Below are positions 18,481-29,700 of a stretch of 64,000 bases of DNA, piece by piece. The DNA is taken from contig JBITAJ010000022.1 of assembly GCA_044440125.1 (NCBI GenBank), positions 320,001 through 384,000 of the forward strand. The letters run 5' to 3'. The notes under the pieces were generated by a model, which saw only the letters and a list, made by a program, of their open reading frames with translations, did not search any database and was not told the DNA's origin. This DNA comes from Sedimentisphaeraceae bacterium JB056. Its GTDB lineage: Bacteria; Planctomycetota; Phycisphaerae; Sedimentisphaerales; Sedimentisphaeraceae. Numbering within the stretch: position 1 is the first letter of the stretch; each line of letters begins with the position of its first letter. The position numbers and the translations under genes are program-made.

Positions 18481-20592
18481 CTACAAAAGTTTACGGTATA
18501 GCTCTATAGCCGAATCAATATACTTTATTTGCTCTTGCCGGTGAATTTCTTTCTCATAATTCGCTTTTGTCGCAATATCATCCTTGTGACGCTGCAATAA
18601 TTTTATCCAGAAATTAACTGCATCGGGATTACAAACCTTTTTCCCATCAACATCAACATATATCGCGCTTGTATGTGCGGCATCATAATTATCAAGCACG
18701 TAATAATTATCATTAGCTGAGCAGCGTGCGACGAACCACCTGCTTTCATCTGCGTTCATCTCAATAGTCAATTCCGCAGAAGTCTCGCTTGAAGTAACCT
18801 CTTTAAGTACCTCGCCGGTATTGGAGAGAATCTGCAGTTTCCCAATAGGATGCCTTGATAGAGCCTTCGCCATGACGAGGAGCTTATCTCCCTTATCCGC
18901 ATTCATCTGCTGACCGATATCCATGCCGTTTACGGTAAGAAAGATCAGCGGACCGGATGTAGTGAACGTCCTTTTCGCCTTTATCCCATCAATCCATTTC
19001 TGGTAAGTAAAATCGCCGTCGATCTTTACATACGCCCTGCATTCTCCTGCAGGACGCGCAGGATGATCACTTCCATTAGTTAACGGCATTCTTATGCCGC
19101 AATCAAGAAAACGATAATAATTCTCCGGCATAAGCTGATCAAGCGAGTCAGTATTTCCCGTGATCACATTTACCGGCACATCAGAGCAATGCATAGGGCC
19201 AAGATTATGAGCTTCAATACTTATACCGCCTTGCCTGCGACACTCGCTGATAGCTGACTTATTCAGCGGATACTCGTAAGCATCTTTAGGGCCGCCTGAA
19301 CCTGGGCCGGCAGCAATCGGCTCAACGATATGCTTTATATTGAGAAAATTCAAATGACCATAATAATTATCGTTGCGATATTCCTCAGCCATCTGAATGT
19401 GGTATTCACTGTTGCAGTACTGAGCAACAGGTCCCATTGAATCCTGAGCCGGTTTGACGAAGCTGCCGCCCTGATCTTCAGGACGATATTGATACAAAGT
19501 AAGATTATTGGCAACTCGAAGCCCTTCTGCCCGCTGCACCATGGCAAGCAATGAAAGCTTTTCGTCTTCACTCCACCAGTTCTTAGCCCAGTGGATATGC
19601 GTATCTCCCGAGTACCAGCCTGATTCTTTCATATCTATAAAACGAGAGTTTCCAAGGCTCACATCGTAAGTCTTTCCAGGCTCTACTGTAATACGTTTCG
19701 TTTCTAAAGTATACTCGTAACCGCGTTCAATGGTCAAGGTGACTTCACCAGATGGGACTTCAAGCTCAAAGCTGCCGTCAGTATAGAAGAAAGGGAGTCT
19801 GTAAGACTTTCCAATAGGCAGGTGACGAATCATAGGCTTTTCGCTCAATGTCGAATTGTCAAAATACCCCCTTGGATAACGAAGCATCTGATCAGAAGCA
19901 CAAGCTGATATTTTAGCCGGTAATATTTTTCCACTGTCTTTATCAAGGGCAACGCCTTTAATCTTTGCAGGCTTGTTGATTTGCACAGGCAGCTTGATAT
20001 TTCCGGTAGAATCTTTGCTGGCAACATCTATTCCTACACTTCTAAAATCAGCAGTATCTGAAGCATACATATCAATCAGTATCGCTCTTGATGAGCCGGC
20101 ATCAATTTCAATACTTTTCATCGCAGGTATCGTCATTCTATCGCAACTGACGGTAAAAGATTCTTTTTTCGGCAATTGGTTATAAAGCTGAATCAAGACC
20201 GGAATCGACATTGAATTAGTCAAATTCAAAGGTTTCGTATACCCCTGGATATCCAAACCACTGGATGAAATAGCAAGCTTAACAGTCGTAATGTTCGATC
20301 TGAGTAATCTATAAATCCTGCGGCACTCACTTAGAAGTCTGACAAAATCCTTACCTTCAAACCACGGCTGTTTGTGATCGTATATCGCTATAGAACAAAC
20401 GACAATATCTCGCATAGGTTCTACCGGCGTATTATAAGCTATATCAGTAAACAGGCTGTAATAATAATCCAACTCATTCCAAAGAGCCTGCACTTGAGTA
20501 GTCTCACCAATCGCACTAGATGAAAATTGCGGGGCTATTCCAGCAGCCGCAGTCATTTTCAAAAAAGTTCTTCTATTAATTTTTATCTTCAA
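18481..20592 (-). CDS. Tat-exported CehA/McbA-family metallohydrolase, divergent paralog 4
   Basis: Twin-arginine signal INRRTFLK; GWYSGDTHIH, EEYRNDNYYGH, EAH, NGSDHP, FTTSGP, AHTSAIY. Confidence 0.8.
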   Translation of the reverse strand: MKIKINRRTFLKMTAAAGIAPQFSSSAIGETTQVQALWNELDYYYSLFTDIAYNTPVEPMRDIVVCSIAIYDHKQPWFEGKDFVRLLSECRRIYRLLRSNITTVKLAISSSGLDIQGYTKPLNLTNSMSIPVLIQLYNQLPKKESFTVSCDRMTIPAMKSIEIDAGSSRAILIDMYASDTADFRSVGIDVASKDSTGNIKLPVQINKPAKIKGVALDKDSGKILPAKISACASDQMLRYPRGYFDNSTLSEKPMIRHLPIGKSYRLPFFYTDGSFELEVPSGEVTLTIERGYEYTLETKRITVEPGKTYDVSLGNSRFIDMKESGWYSGDTHIHWAKNWWSEDEKLSLLAMVQRAEGLRVANNLTLYQYRPEDQGGSFVKPAQDSMGPVAQYCNSEYHIQMAEEYRNDNYYGHLNFLNIKHIVEPIAAGPGSGGPKDAYEYPLNKSAISECRRQGGISIEAHNLGPMHCSDVPVNVITGNTDSLDQLMPENYYRFLDCGIRMPLTNGSDHPARPAGECRAYVKIDGDFTYQKWIDGIKAKRTFTTSGPLIFLTVNGMDIGQQMNADKGDKLLVMAKALSRHPIGKLQILSNTGEVLKEVTSSETSAELTIEMNADESRWFVARCSANDNYYVLDNYDAAHTSAIYVDVDGKKVCNPDAVNFWIKLLQRHKDDIATKANYEKEIHRQEQIKYIDSAIELYRKLL

Positions 20593-20624
20593 ACTGGCAC
20601 CTATGCTTAATTACTTTCAATATA

Positions 20625-21479
20625 TCAGCCAAGTCTTGACCAATTTTCATGGTCAGCGTTGTATTTTTCCAAAAGAAGCGGCATATCATTCTTCATCAGG
20701 TATATTTTACCGAATACTTCTGCAGATTGCCCATCCGCAAGATTTGATATGATTCCCGGTCCAGTATGCATACACGGGTGTTTGACATTATTCATCAAAA
20801 CGAATGGTCTTGTATTCCATGTATAGCCGACAATATGCTTTTTATCAGAACTTACAGCTATCATAAGATTCTCATCGGCAAGCTGATCAACCATCCACCA
20901 CATATGGGTATCTCTCTGGCCGGCATAAGTCTCTTTATTCTCTTTGAGCAATACCGTAACCCAGGGTTCACGACCTAACTGCTGTGGAGTAGGTGTTGTC
21001 CGAGAAAGCGAAGTAAGCTTTCCATCTATTGAAATGTAAAAGTTTTCCATCTTCCGGTCAGGAAAATCCGGGCTGTCTATCAGCATGAAACACGGATTAA
21101 TCTCTATGGAATCAAGCCTCTGCCCGGTATTATTCGTCACCTTGAAGGAAAGCTCGATATCTTCACCGCAAGGTTTAACTCCGGCGGAAAATTCCATGCC
21201 TTCCCGGAGTTTGCATACATAGCTCTGCAAGCCATCTTTACCTTTTTCCCACACGGGAAACGGCAAAGGCTCACTTATAGGTTCAAATCCGGGATTAAAG
21301 TGATCGAGATAATGCATTCCAATTGATGAACGCAAAACTTCGGGGAATCGTAATTCAAGATTACCATCCATCCAGTCAGTGGTTATAAACGCACTCAAAA
21401 CGTATATGGCCTGCCCGATAACCAATCCATCATCAGTTCTGTCGTGCAGTTTCTTAGCAACTGTCTTTAAATTAGTCAT
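20625..21479 (-). CDS. Hypothetical protein; standalone version of the C-terminal domain of the adjacent nitrilase fusion
   Basis: 284 aa ORF within the operon. Shares ELRxPE, HYLDH, TPTPxQxGREPW and PCxHTGPG with 21495..23348. Confidence 0.8.
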   Translation of the reverse strand: MTNLKTVAKKLHDRTDDGLVIGQAIYVLSAFITTDWMDGNLELRFPEVLRSSIGMHYLDHFNPGFEPISEPLPFPVWEKGKDGLQSYVCKLREGMEFSAGVKPCGEDIELSFKVTNNTGQRLDSIEINPCFMLIDSPDFPDRKMENFYISIDGKLTSLSRTTPTPQQLGREPWVTVLLKENKETYAGQRDTHMWWMVDQLADENLMIAVSSDKKHIVGYTWNTRPFVLMNNVKHPCMHTGPGIISNLADGQSAEVFGKIYLMKNDMPLLLEKYNADHENWSRLG

Positions 21480-21494
21480 TTATCTATCCAGAAA

Positions 21495-23348
21495 TTACTG
21501 TTTTTTGCTGTTCCACAACTGTTTGTCATGTCTATATTTTTCAAGAAGCCTCTCAAGGTTATTACGCATGAGATATACTTTGCCGTGCCATGTGTATCTC
21601 TCACCATCGTTCAAATCCTTCCTTGCGCCTGGGCCCGTATGAAGACACGGATTGCCGCAATTAGTCATAAGATGCAAATCTTCCTGATCCCATGCATAGC
21701 CAATCATTGTCTTGCCGTTTTCGCTCACAACTGCCATCAGGTTTTCCTCTGCTGTCTGATCAACACGCCACCATGTTGTCTTTGTATCTTTAGGGCCTTC
21801 AAACTCATTTTCACCGGTTTTCGTTAGTATAACAAGCCATGGCTCACGTCCCACCTGCTCGGGTGTAGGAGTCATAGAGGAGAGATTCTGGAATTTCCCC
21901 TGATAAAAGGCATATAATCTTTCCAGATCGAATTTCCTGCCGTAATCGGGGTTGCCGTTAAAATTAAGACACGGATTGAATGTTACATAATCGAGGGTGT
22001 CCCCTGTATTATTTTGAATATAAAATTCAAGAGCAACCTCATCATAACCCGGCGTAACAACAGCACCAAAAGATATGCCTTCTTTTGTAACAGCATCATA
22101 TCGCAACTGCCCGGTTTGATCATTCTTTCGCCAGTTCGGGAACGGTTCCAGCTCACTAAGCGGTGAGAGATTGGAAAGATAATGATCAAGATAATGGAAA
22201 CCCATATTCGAATGCAGTATTTCCGGCAGCCGGAGCTCAACCGAACCCTCAAACCATGGGGCAGCCATTTCAAAAGAAAGCCTGTAAAGATCTTCACCTT
22301 CTTTGCACTTGTCAGTTCTCTTTTTCAATTCATGGTTTATAACCGGCTTCAGATCAATTTTACCTGGAGTCGTCACTGATTTCTCAATGGCATACAATGA
22401 AGCAGGCGAGGGAACATCGGCAACATCTTCTACGCCCGTATAATTCTCCCATACAGGATATCGCTTTGTTATTTCCGTGTATTTCTCTGGAGCCCGCTGC
22501 ATAAACTCACGCGAATATTTACGAGCAAGACGCAGTCTCGGCATTTCGAGTTCAGTGCATATATACTGCTCACCCGGCTCAGTTGTGATCTCTTTAATAT
22601 TGTCAGGCCACTGAGCTATCATTGTTCCAGCCCCAACGGCCTTATTTGTAGTTATCATGTGTACATAATTCTGAGCCATATATGTTCTTACAATATAATC
22701 CTCAACGCTGCCTCCGCGAGCATTTGCCCAGATCAATATTTCCGCACCTTTTAACGACAATATTCTTGCCCCTTCAGGGAACAAGCCATCATAACATGTA
22801 AACAAACCAATACGGCCAAAATCTAAATCAAAAACCGGCAGTTCATCACCGTCAACCATCATCCATTCAGGATCTTTAGGCATTGGAGGCCACAAAAATG
22901 GCGATTCTCCCAGCGCAGCATGCATCTTGAAATAACGACCTATTATCTTGCCATTTCTGTCAAAGATGAGCATACTGTTACTGTAACGACCTTGATCATC
23001 TCTAATTTCAAAGCAGCCTGCAATTACATTTATCTTATATTTTGCGGCAAGTTCAGATATATTATCTGTAGTTTCACATGGTACCTTGAACATTCCAAGC
23101 AGCAATTCAGGAAAAACAACGAGATCTGCACCGTCAGAAGCAGCTTTTTCAATATAATAAGCAACCTTTTCACCACTGTCAGGCCTGAATTTATCGCCAT
23201 GCCAATTCCAGTTGCCATTCATCTGTACCGCTGCCACTTTAACTTTGTAATGACTTAATTGTTCTTTAGTCACAGGCTCAGCCCTCAAAAAAGTTGCACA
23301 TACCACTAAAATTACAAATATTTTAATAAAACCCTTATTTTTCATCAA
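21495..23348 (-). CDS. Exported nitrilase/carbon-nitrogen hydrolase fused to an uncharacterised C-terminal domain
   Basis: Signal peptide; E-K-C triad motifs VFPE, YFKMH and TCYDGLFPE; extra domain of about 280 aa. Confidence 0.85.
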   Translation of the reverse strand: MMKNKGFIKIFVILVVCATFLRAEPVTKEQLSHYKVKVAAVQMNGNWNWHGDKFRPDSGEKVAYYIEKAASDGADLVVFPELLLGMFKVPCETTDNISELAAKYKINVIAGCFEIRDDQGRYSNSMLIFDRNGKIIGRYFKMHAALGESPFLWPPMPKDPEWMMVDGDELPVFDLDFGRIGLFTCYDGLFPEGARILSLKGAEILIWANARGGSVEDYIVRTYMAQNYVHMITTNKAVGAGTMIAQWPDNIKEITTEPGEQYICTELEMPRLRLARKYSREFMQRAPEKYTEITKRYPVWENYTGVEDVADVPSPASLYAIEKSVTTPGKIDLKPVINHELKKRTDKCKEGEDLYRLSFEMAAPWFEGSVELRLPEILHSNMGFHYLDHYLSNLSPLSELEPFPNWRKNDQTGQLRYDAVTKEGISFGAVVTPGYDEVALEFYIQNNTGDTLDYVTFNPCLNFNGNPDYGRKFDLERLYAFYQGKFQNLSSMTPTPEQVGREPWLVILTKTGENEFEGPKDTKTTWWRVDQTAEENLMAVVSENGKTMIGYAWDQEDLHLMTNCGNPCLHTGPGARKDLNDGERYTWHGKVYLMRNNLERLLEKYRHDKQLWNSKKQ

Positions 23349-23390
23349 ACAAATGCCCTTTATTCAAATAGTTTCTACTTGTTAAATATA

Positions 23391-23419
23391 ATTTTACCAC
23401 ACTTGACGGAACGTTCCAA
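23391..23419 (-). promoter_or_regulatory. Internal promoter with LacI-type operator overlapping -35
   Basis: Operator CGGAACGTTCCA at 23407-23418; minus strand TTGGAA-17 bp-TAAAAT with extended TG. Confidence 0.7.
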
Positions 23420-23490
23420 GAGTTTTTTCAAATAAATCTCACAAAACACAACAAGCTGATCAGGATCAATAAAATCTTGCTATCGCAAGC

Positions 23491-24786
23491 TCAATCTATA
23501 CAGTCAAAAAAACTCGCAGGATTGTCGAAAAGCCACTTTTTTGAAACATTTTTAGCCTCATCCAATGACAGATACTCACTCTCCACCAAGCCGCTCATTG
23601 CTATTGCCAGATTATATCTTGTAAGTTTTGCCGAAGCCCAGGCGAGTTCCGCCATTCCGCAAAAATCAGAACCATAACAATGTATCTTACCATGAGGAAC
23701 ACTGCTGATTACCTGCTTAAACATCTGCTGACAATAAACTGGATCGATGATGCAGGCCCAGGCAAAATTAATCGTTACATTAGGATAATTTTTTGCAAGA
23801 TAAATTATATCAGCACTGTATGGCCAGTTTGCGTGTATCAAATCAAATCGAACATCCCTGTGGAGTTCGAACAATGACCTCAGATGAATGGCATTAGCCT
23901 TCCTTATATCATTGTGACATCCCGCCATATGACCTGTATGGAACTGCACTGGAAGATCGAATTCCGCGGCAATTTCCATGAATCGGTTGAAAAGATAGTC
24001 ATCAAGAGGCTTTATTTCATCAGGATAGGACAGTATCCGTCTTGGATCAGAAATCAGCTTATTAAATACTTCTTCGGCTTGAGATTTTGACGGGTTGCCA
24101 TAATTGAGAGACCGCCAATAAGCACTTTGATCCTTGAAAGCAACTGCCCCATAATTTCTGTATCCATTGAAAATTTCATAACAGCACCCAAGATATTCAT
24201 CAAGACAGGTAACCGTACGTCCAAGCATCGAAACATTATTCAAAATATCATCATAGCTGCATATTTTATGATATTGTGGAAGAGGTATGACCATCTTAGC
24301 TCTTGGAGAAAGCTTCAAACTCCCATCAAGTATCTTTGGTGTTATATTCTCAGAGATATTAAGATGTCCCAAATCTTCAAGACGCACCACGATACCGGCA
24401 TCTTCAAGGATGCTTTCAAACAAACCCTCGTCCGTAAGATCAAGAAGTCTCGTCTGCATATCTTGCAGCGCACTAAGCGACAACTTATCAATTCCATAAA
24501 ATTTCTTAAGCGCAAGCCTGACGCATTTAGCATATCCGGTGTGGCAGCTCCTGTTCCAGCCCTTCTCAAACACCGGCCAACGCTCTTCAAGCGAAAAAGA
24601 GGCATCCTTAATAAACAATACCTCATCAACGGACAATGCACTTACGAGGTCCTGCTCGTAATAGTTGGACATAATGGCAAGCAGAGGATCACTATAAGCA
24701 GGCTCACAGATATAAGTATGATCATGAGTATCTATAAGCTTGATCGTATCAATATATTCTAAAAGCTCATAATAACTGGTTTTCAT
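23491..24786 (-). CDS. Amidohydrolase-superfamily protein, paralog 2
   Basis: DTHDH, FKDQSAY, VQFHTGH, RFDLIHANWPY, YGSD. Start placed at ATG 24786, which gives an ATGA overlap with the upstream stop. Confidence 0.85.
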   Translation of the reverse strand: MKTSYYELLEYIDTIKLIDTHDHTYICEPAYSDPLLAIMSNYYEQDLVSALSVDEVLFIKDASFSLEERWPVFEKGWNRSCHTGYAKCVRLALKKFYGIDKLSLSALQDMQTRLLDLTDEGLFESILEDAGIVVRLEDLGHLNISENITPKILDGSLKLSPRAKMVIPLPQYHKICSYDDILNNVSMLGRTVTCLDEYLGCCYEIFNGYRNYGAVAFKDQSAYWRSLNYGNPSKSQAEEVFNKLISDPRRILSYPDEIKPLDDYLFNRFMEIAAEFDLPVQFHTGHMAGCHNDIRKANAIHLRSLFELHRDVRFDLIHANWPYSADIIYLAKNYPNVTINFAWACIIDPVYCQQMFKQVISSVPHGKIHCYGSDFCGMAELAWASAKLTRYNLAIAMSGLVESEYLSLDEAKNVSKKWLFDNPASFFDCID

Positions 24787-26693
24787 TGCAGAATCCACAC
24801 CTTACCGCTGCGGGCATTGAGTACTGGGAATTTTACAATATCACCATTCCCTTCAAATTTCTCACCGGAAAGTCTTTCAACAAAACTCCAGTTTCCCGTC
24901 AAACCCAGTTTAGAAGAATTCAATTCGACAGCAACATCCTTTTCACTGAAATTAAACACTCCTATCATTTTTTTACCGCTGGTATTTTTGAGCAGAAATA
25001 CATCTTCAGACGGATAATAATCCACCCATTTAACTACTTGTGAATTAGGCGGAAAATTTGACAAAAGAAGTTTTTCTCGTTGCTCGTCAAGCTCATCGAT
25101 CTTCTCGCTATGCATTGCCATACCGCCAGTAAACCAAACAAACTGCGACCAGCAGCTTGCCTCATTATCAGTCAGTCCATAAGCAGGTTCATCCTTAAAC
25201 TCGGGATTATCTTTTGCGAACATCTTCTTTTCCGGACCAGAACCGTAATCGCGGGTAATTATGCAATCGGCATCATTTTGCCACCAGCGACGGTGCATCC
25301 ATTGTCTCCAGTTAGACTGCAAGGCAGCGGCACGAATATTCAAGTTCCCAAGCGGCCAGTTCTTGGTATTTATTCGTAAATCCCATCTGGAAGACACATC
25401 ATAACCGACACGCATCGCATCACAAATGCCAACAGCCGGCCCCAAAGGACATCCGCAGCACAGAATATACCTCTTGCCTGCTACGCTTCGAATGGCTTCA
25501 AGGCCGCTGCGAAGCAAAGATGCAGTGGTTCTGGTATTATCGTATCTATCGCCTATCAAAACGGCATGAAGAAGAAAATCAATCTTTATATATTCAAACC
25601 CCCACTGATCGAAAACCCGTTTGAATGTTTCCTTAACGAACTCTATGGCTTCGGGATTGCTAAGGTCTAAACCGCAAACACCCCAGAATTCCAAGGGCTT
25701 ACCATCTTTTTGAACCAATAAATCCGGCCTGGTCCTGTACAAATTACTGGCCGTATCAACAGAGAACGGAGCAAGCCACAATCCCGGCACAAAACCTTTA
25801 CCCTTTATGCCGTCAGCAAGCTTTTTCATTCCATCAGGAAACATACCTCCGGCAAACCAGTCACCCCAAACTCTCGGGGCATCGGATGATGGCAGATTCC
25901 ATCCGTCATCGATTTGTATAACATTCACTTTACCTGCAAACTCAGAGTCTGCCATAGCGTTCACATTGTCCCAAATATCTTCTTCTGTTGCCTGATCATA
26001 GTAATAATACCAACTGCACCAACCTGTCTGCGGTTCACTGTCCCGGCAGCCCATTATTTTTGCGACTTCAGTAGAATAGCAATCCATCAACTTCGACATT
26101 GAATCACCGGCATACAAAAGCATTGCTGATATATCCAATTCACTGCCGCTATCAAGCTTTACACCTTCTCTTTCACAAACAGCGGATATGTCTTTTATGC
26201 CGTTTGCCATTTCAAAGTTAAGTTTGTAAAAGGCATCACCAAGGTATTCAAAACCCGCAACAACTGAAAAATCACCGTCATTTGAAGTAAAAGCAGCAAC
26301 CGAATATGAGCAATATTTTCCTGGCTCAGAGTTGAGCTTTGAAACACCAACCATATCCTTGCTGTTTACAAGATTCCTGTCTAAAACGGCCTGGAGTTCA
26401 ATAACAGAAGACTTCACAGGCACGACATTGTCAATAGAAATCGAATCAGAAGATTTATTGGCAACTTTAGTCTCAATCCTGAGACTACCGTCCTCTCTCT
26501 CAATAAAACGCTGTTCTAATGAAACAATATCCTCGAAATTAGAGCTAAGAACGTTATCTTTCAATTTCATCGAAACGATTTTCAACTCATGCCCATTTAC
26601 GTCAATAGAAGGCCTAACATCACAGAACTGAACATCCGTTTCGGTGTTATATACCCTTAATTCATTTTGTGTATTCTTTTTAATTTTCCACAT
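24783..26693 (-). CDS. Glycoside hydrolase family 36-like (alpha-galactosidase/alpha-GalNAcase), cytoplasmic
   Basis: GWCSWY, IQIDDGW, PGLWLAPF, YIKIDF and DAMRVGYD motifs. Confidence 0.85.
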   Translation of the reverse strand: MWKIKKNTQNELRVYNTETDVQFCDVRPSIDVNGHELKIVSMKLKDNVLSSNFEDIVSLEQRFIEREDGSLRIETKVANKSSDSISIDNVVPVKSSVIELQAVLDRNLVNSKDMVGVSKLNSEPGKYCSYSVAAFTSNDGDFSVVAGFEYLGDAFYKLNFEMANGIKDISAVCEREGVKLDSGSELDISAMLLYAGDSMSKLMDCYSTEVAKIMGCRDSEPQTGWCSWYYYYDQATEEDIWDNVNAMADSEFAGKVNVIQIDDGWNLPSSDAPRVWGDWFAGGMFPDGMKKLADGIKGKGFVPGLWLAPFSVDTASNLYRTRPDLLVQKDGKPLEFWGVCGLDLSNPEAIEFVKETFKRVFDQWGFEYIKIDFLLHAVLIGDRYDNTRTTASLLRSGLEAIRSVAGKRYILCCGCPLGPAVGICDAMRVGYDVSSRWDLRINTKNWPLGNLNIRAAALQSNWRQWMHRRWWQNDADCIITRDYGSGPEKKMFAKDNPEFKDEPAYGLTDNEASCWSQFVWFTGGMAMHSEKIDELDEQREKLLLSNFPPNSQVVKWVDYYPSEDVFLLKNTSGKKMIGVFNFSEKDVAVELNSSKLGLTGNWSFVERLSGEKFEGNGDIVKFPVLNARSGKVWILQ

Positions 26694-26724
26694 ACTTCTC
26701 CAATCACAGCTTAAGTATTGACTC

Positions 26725-29700
26725 TTATTGCCACCATTGCTCTGCCATATAAAGCAGATCGTCTATATCAACAAAGCCATCAGTATTAACATCGGCACCC
26801 TCACAGAAACCATTGGTGACTATTGCAGGAGAATCGCCCCAATATTCTGAAATTCGAGAATAATCCATCATATCAACATCTCCATCCATATCCATATCGC
26901 TCAGCAGATCTTTTATTTCTGTAGTTCTCAGTTTAATGTAGTCATAATATATGGAATTAGACGATGTGCTTACAAGTTCAAATCGTACTCTTGCATTACC
27001 CAAATTACTGATAAAGGCTAAGTTTTCAAACTTATAGCTGCCAACAGAATATTCCTCGTCCACATTAAACTGCGTGAGCTGTTGCCAGCTACTTTGCTGA
27101 TAATTATACATTTCAAATATCAACACGCCTGAAACATCAGTCTTAGTCTGTATATCAAGCAATATTTCCTGACTATCACTGCTCATTGATGAAAAATCAA
27201 ATATTTTAATAATACTCTGCGACGGCGAATTTGACATAAACGCAATATAGTCATCAGGGTTGTAACAAGAACTGAAACAGAATTCCTTTTGCCTGAGCTT
27301 ATCAACATCGCCAACCAGCCAACTGCCGCTACTGACAGTGAAAGATTCCGGGTAATAGCTGGTTTCAGTTATACCGGATTGGGGATAGCCGAATTTCAGA
27401 TAATCTATCGCCAACTGGGAGCCGGGCATATCTGTGGGGTCTATACGAATCTGTGTTATCACACCTTTATATGATGCACAGGTGAACATATCAATATCAT
27501 ATCGGTGTAGTTGACCATCACTTACAATATCAAAGCTGACGCTTTTTTCCTCATTCCACAAAGTATCATTTTTCGTAACGAAGTAAAGTCTGCCGGTATT
27601 GCCTAAAGTGCTTGAATACCGAATGACAGCCATAGGATTAGCTGCCGCAACGACCCATGTATCCGGAGTATAAATATGCGGATCATAACCGCTGGAAGCC
27701 ATATTCAGGCTTCCGCCGCTAACGCTTTCAATATCAAGCTCTACCGGCCATCTCCAGTCCTCAAAGAAACCTTCAGTATTGAAGTGCCAGTAGTAAGTGA
27801 GGTCTTTAATTTGAGAATAAGGTAATTCGACTACATTATTCTTTGTAAAATTCTCAAAATAAGCTGGATTTGAATATATGCCGTCGGAACTCTGTGTGTA
27901 AAAGGTCAGGTTCTCAAAAGTACCCTGCTGCTGGTCATCCCATGCCGTCATCTCGTAGTTGTGTCCGCTCCAATGCAGTGCATCCTTGCAGTTATTAAAA
28001 AATACAGAATCTTTTATAAACAGGTTTTTATTCGGTCCACCGGTCCCAAGTATCAAGAGTGATTGTCCATCGCAATTATAAGCTACATTATTGCTGAAAA
28101 CGCAATTTTCGGTATCTCCCTCAAAGTCAAAGCCGCACCCATCAGCCGTTCCACCTTGCCTGCTTGTGCCACTGAACACGCAACTGTCTATGGTGAAGTT
28201 TTTGGATGTCTGCAGAATTCCCTGACAGGTACCTGTAGGCATAAAACCGGTCTCTCCATCATAGAAATAACATCTGGACATATGCCCACCATTTGTGTGG
28301 AAAATACCAAACCCATAACCTCCGGTATTCACACAGTCTTCTATTACAAGGTTTTTGATACGATTTCTGTATCGCGGCGGATAATACCAGTTTGCAAGGA
28401 ATCCGTGGGTAACATTAATCATGCGACAGTTTCTGATAGTAAGATTCTCAATAATATTCTGAGATACATTGAAGTTCCACAGCTTACCACCCACCATAAT
28501 TCCGGCATTAAATGAAAGCTCATAGTCGTAATATGCAGGATCCCAGTATTCTATCTGATTCATATCATAGAAATCACAATTCTCTATTACAACATTTTTA
28601 TTGTTTATAGCCTGATTATACCTGAGATATATACCAAGCTTGGCTTCACGACATTCAACATTATTGATATTCCAGTATTCAGGGCTCTCAAGAACAATAC
28701 ATTTACCATAATACTTATCACCCGCAATGATTTCAGGCTTATCACCAGTACCATAAGCAGAAAGTTCTATAGAATCATTGATATCACCATCACCCCAAAG
28801 ATGAAGCTGCCCTGTAAATGTATCACCTCGTTTGAGCAACACTTTATCGCCCGGCAAAAGACGTAGTTTATTTATATTATCAAAAGACTGCCATGGACTT
28901 TCTGAACTGAGACCATCATTACTGTCACTGCCTTCGGAACTGCTGATATAAAAGGTCGAAACGTCCGATCGCAGAATAGTTTGTTTTATCCTGCAGTTAT
29001 CGTAAGCGACACCTTGCCCGTTTAGCTGAATACGCAACAATTGGCCAATGTTTGAAGGATAAAACCAATTACCGAAGGTAGAAGTAAACTCTAAATGAAC
29101 ACTTCGCCAGGTATCTGCAACATACAGAGGATAGTTGTTCTGGTTAACCTCTGCTATTACAACCCAGTCACTTCCATTATAGTATACCAGTCGAACCTGA
29201 TACCAGCCGTAATTAAGTTCGCTTGAGATGGCAACATCAATATCAACTTCATACTTTGTCTGAGGATAGATACCGCCTTGAGTATAGTATTCCGCAGAGC
29301 CGTTTATAACACGGCAATAATTATCACCATCAGAAGGTTGAAGAGGCTCACTGGAAAGAGGATTCTTTATATCCGCACCATTACTCATCCAACCCGAGAA
29401 AGGGAATTCTACTGAATTATCTCCATCTGCCAATACATCGTATTCAAAGCTGCCGTTGAATACACCATCCCAACCAGGTTCATAACTGAAACGAACATTG
29501 TCAAAACATATATTTTGTCCGGTAAGCATAACCTGAAGATTCTTTCCGATAAGATCCTCTTGCTCAAAAGTACTGAGCTCAAGCACAACCGTTATCCAGC
29601 CGTTATTAGCAGGCCATTGATTAGTATGATTAACCTGATCAATAAACTCATTACCGCTCTGGCCCTCATAAACCAATGCGCATCGATACCAGTCTCCGCT

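Noticed and set aside
24127..24762. 211 aa plus-strand ORF
   Set aside because: It is fully antisense to a well-supported amidohydrolase and has no recognisable motifs.
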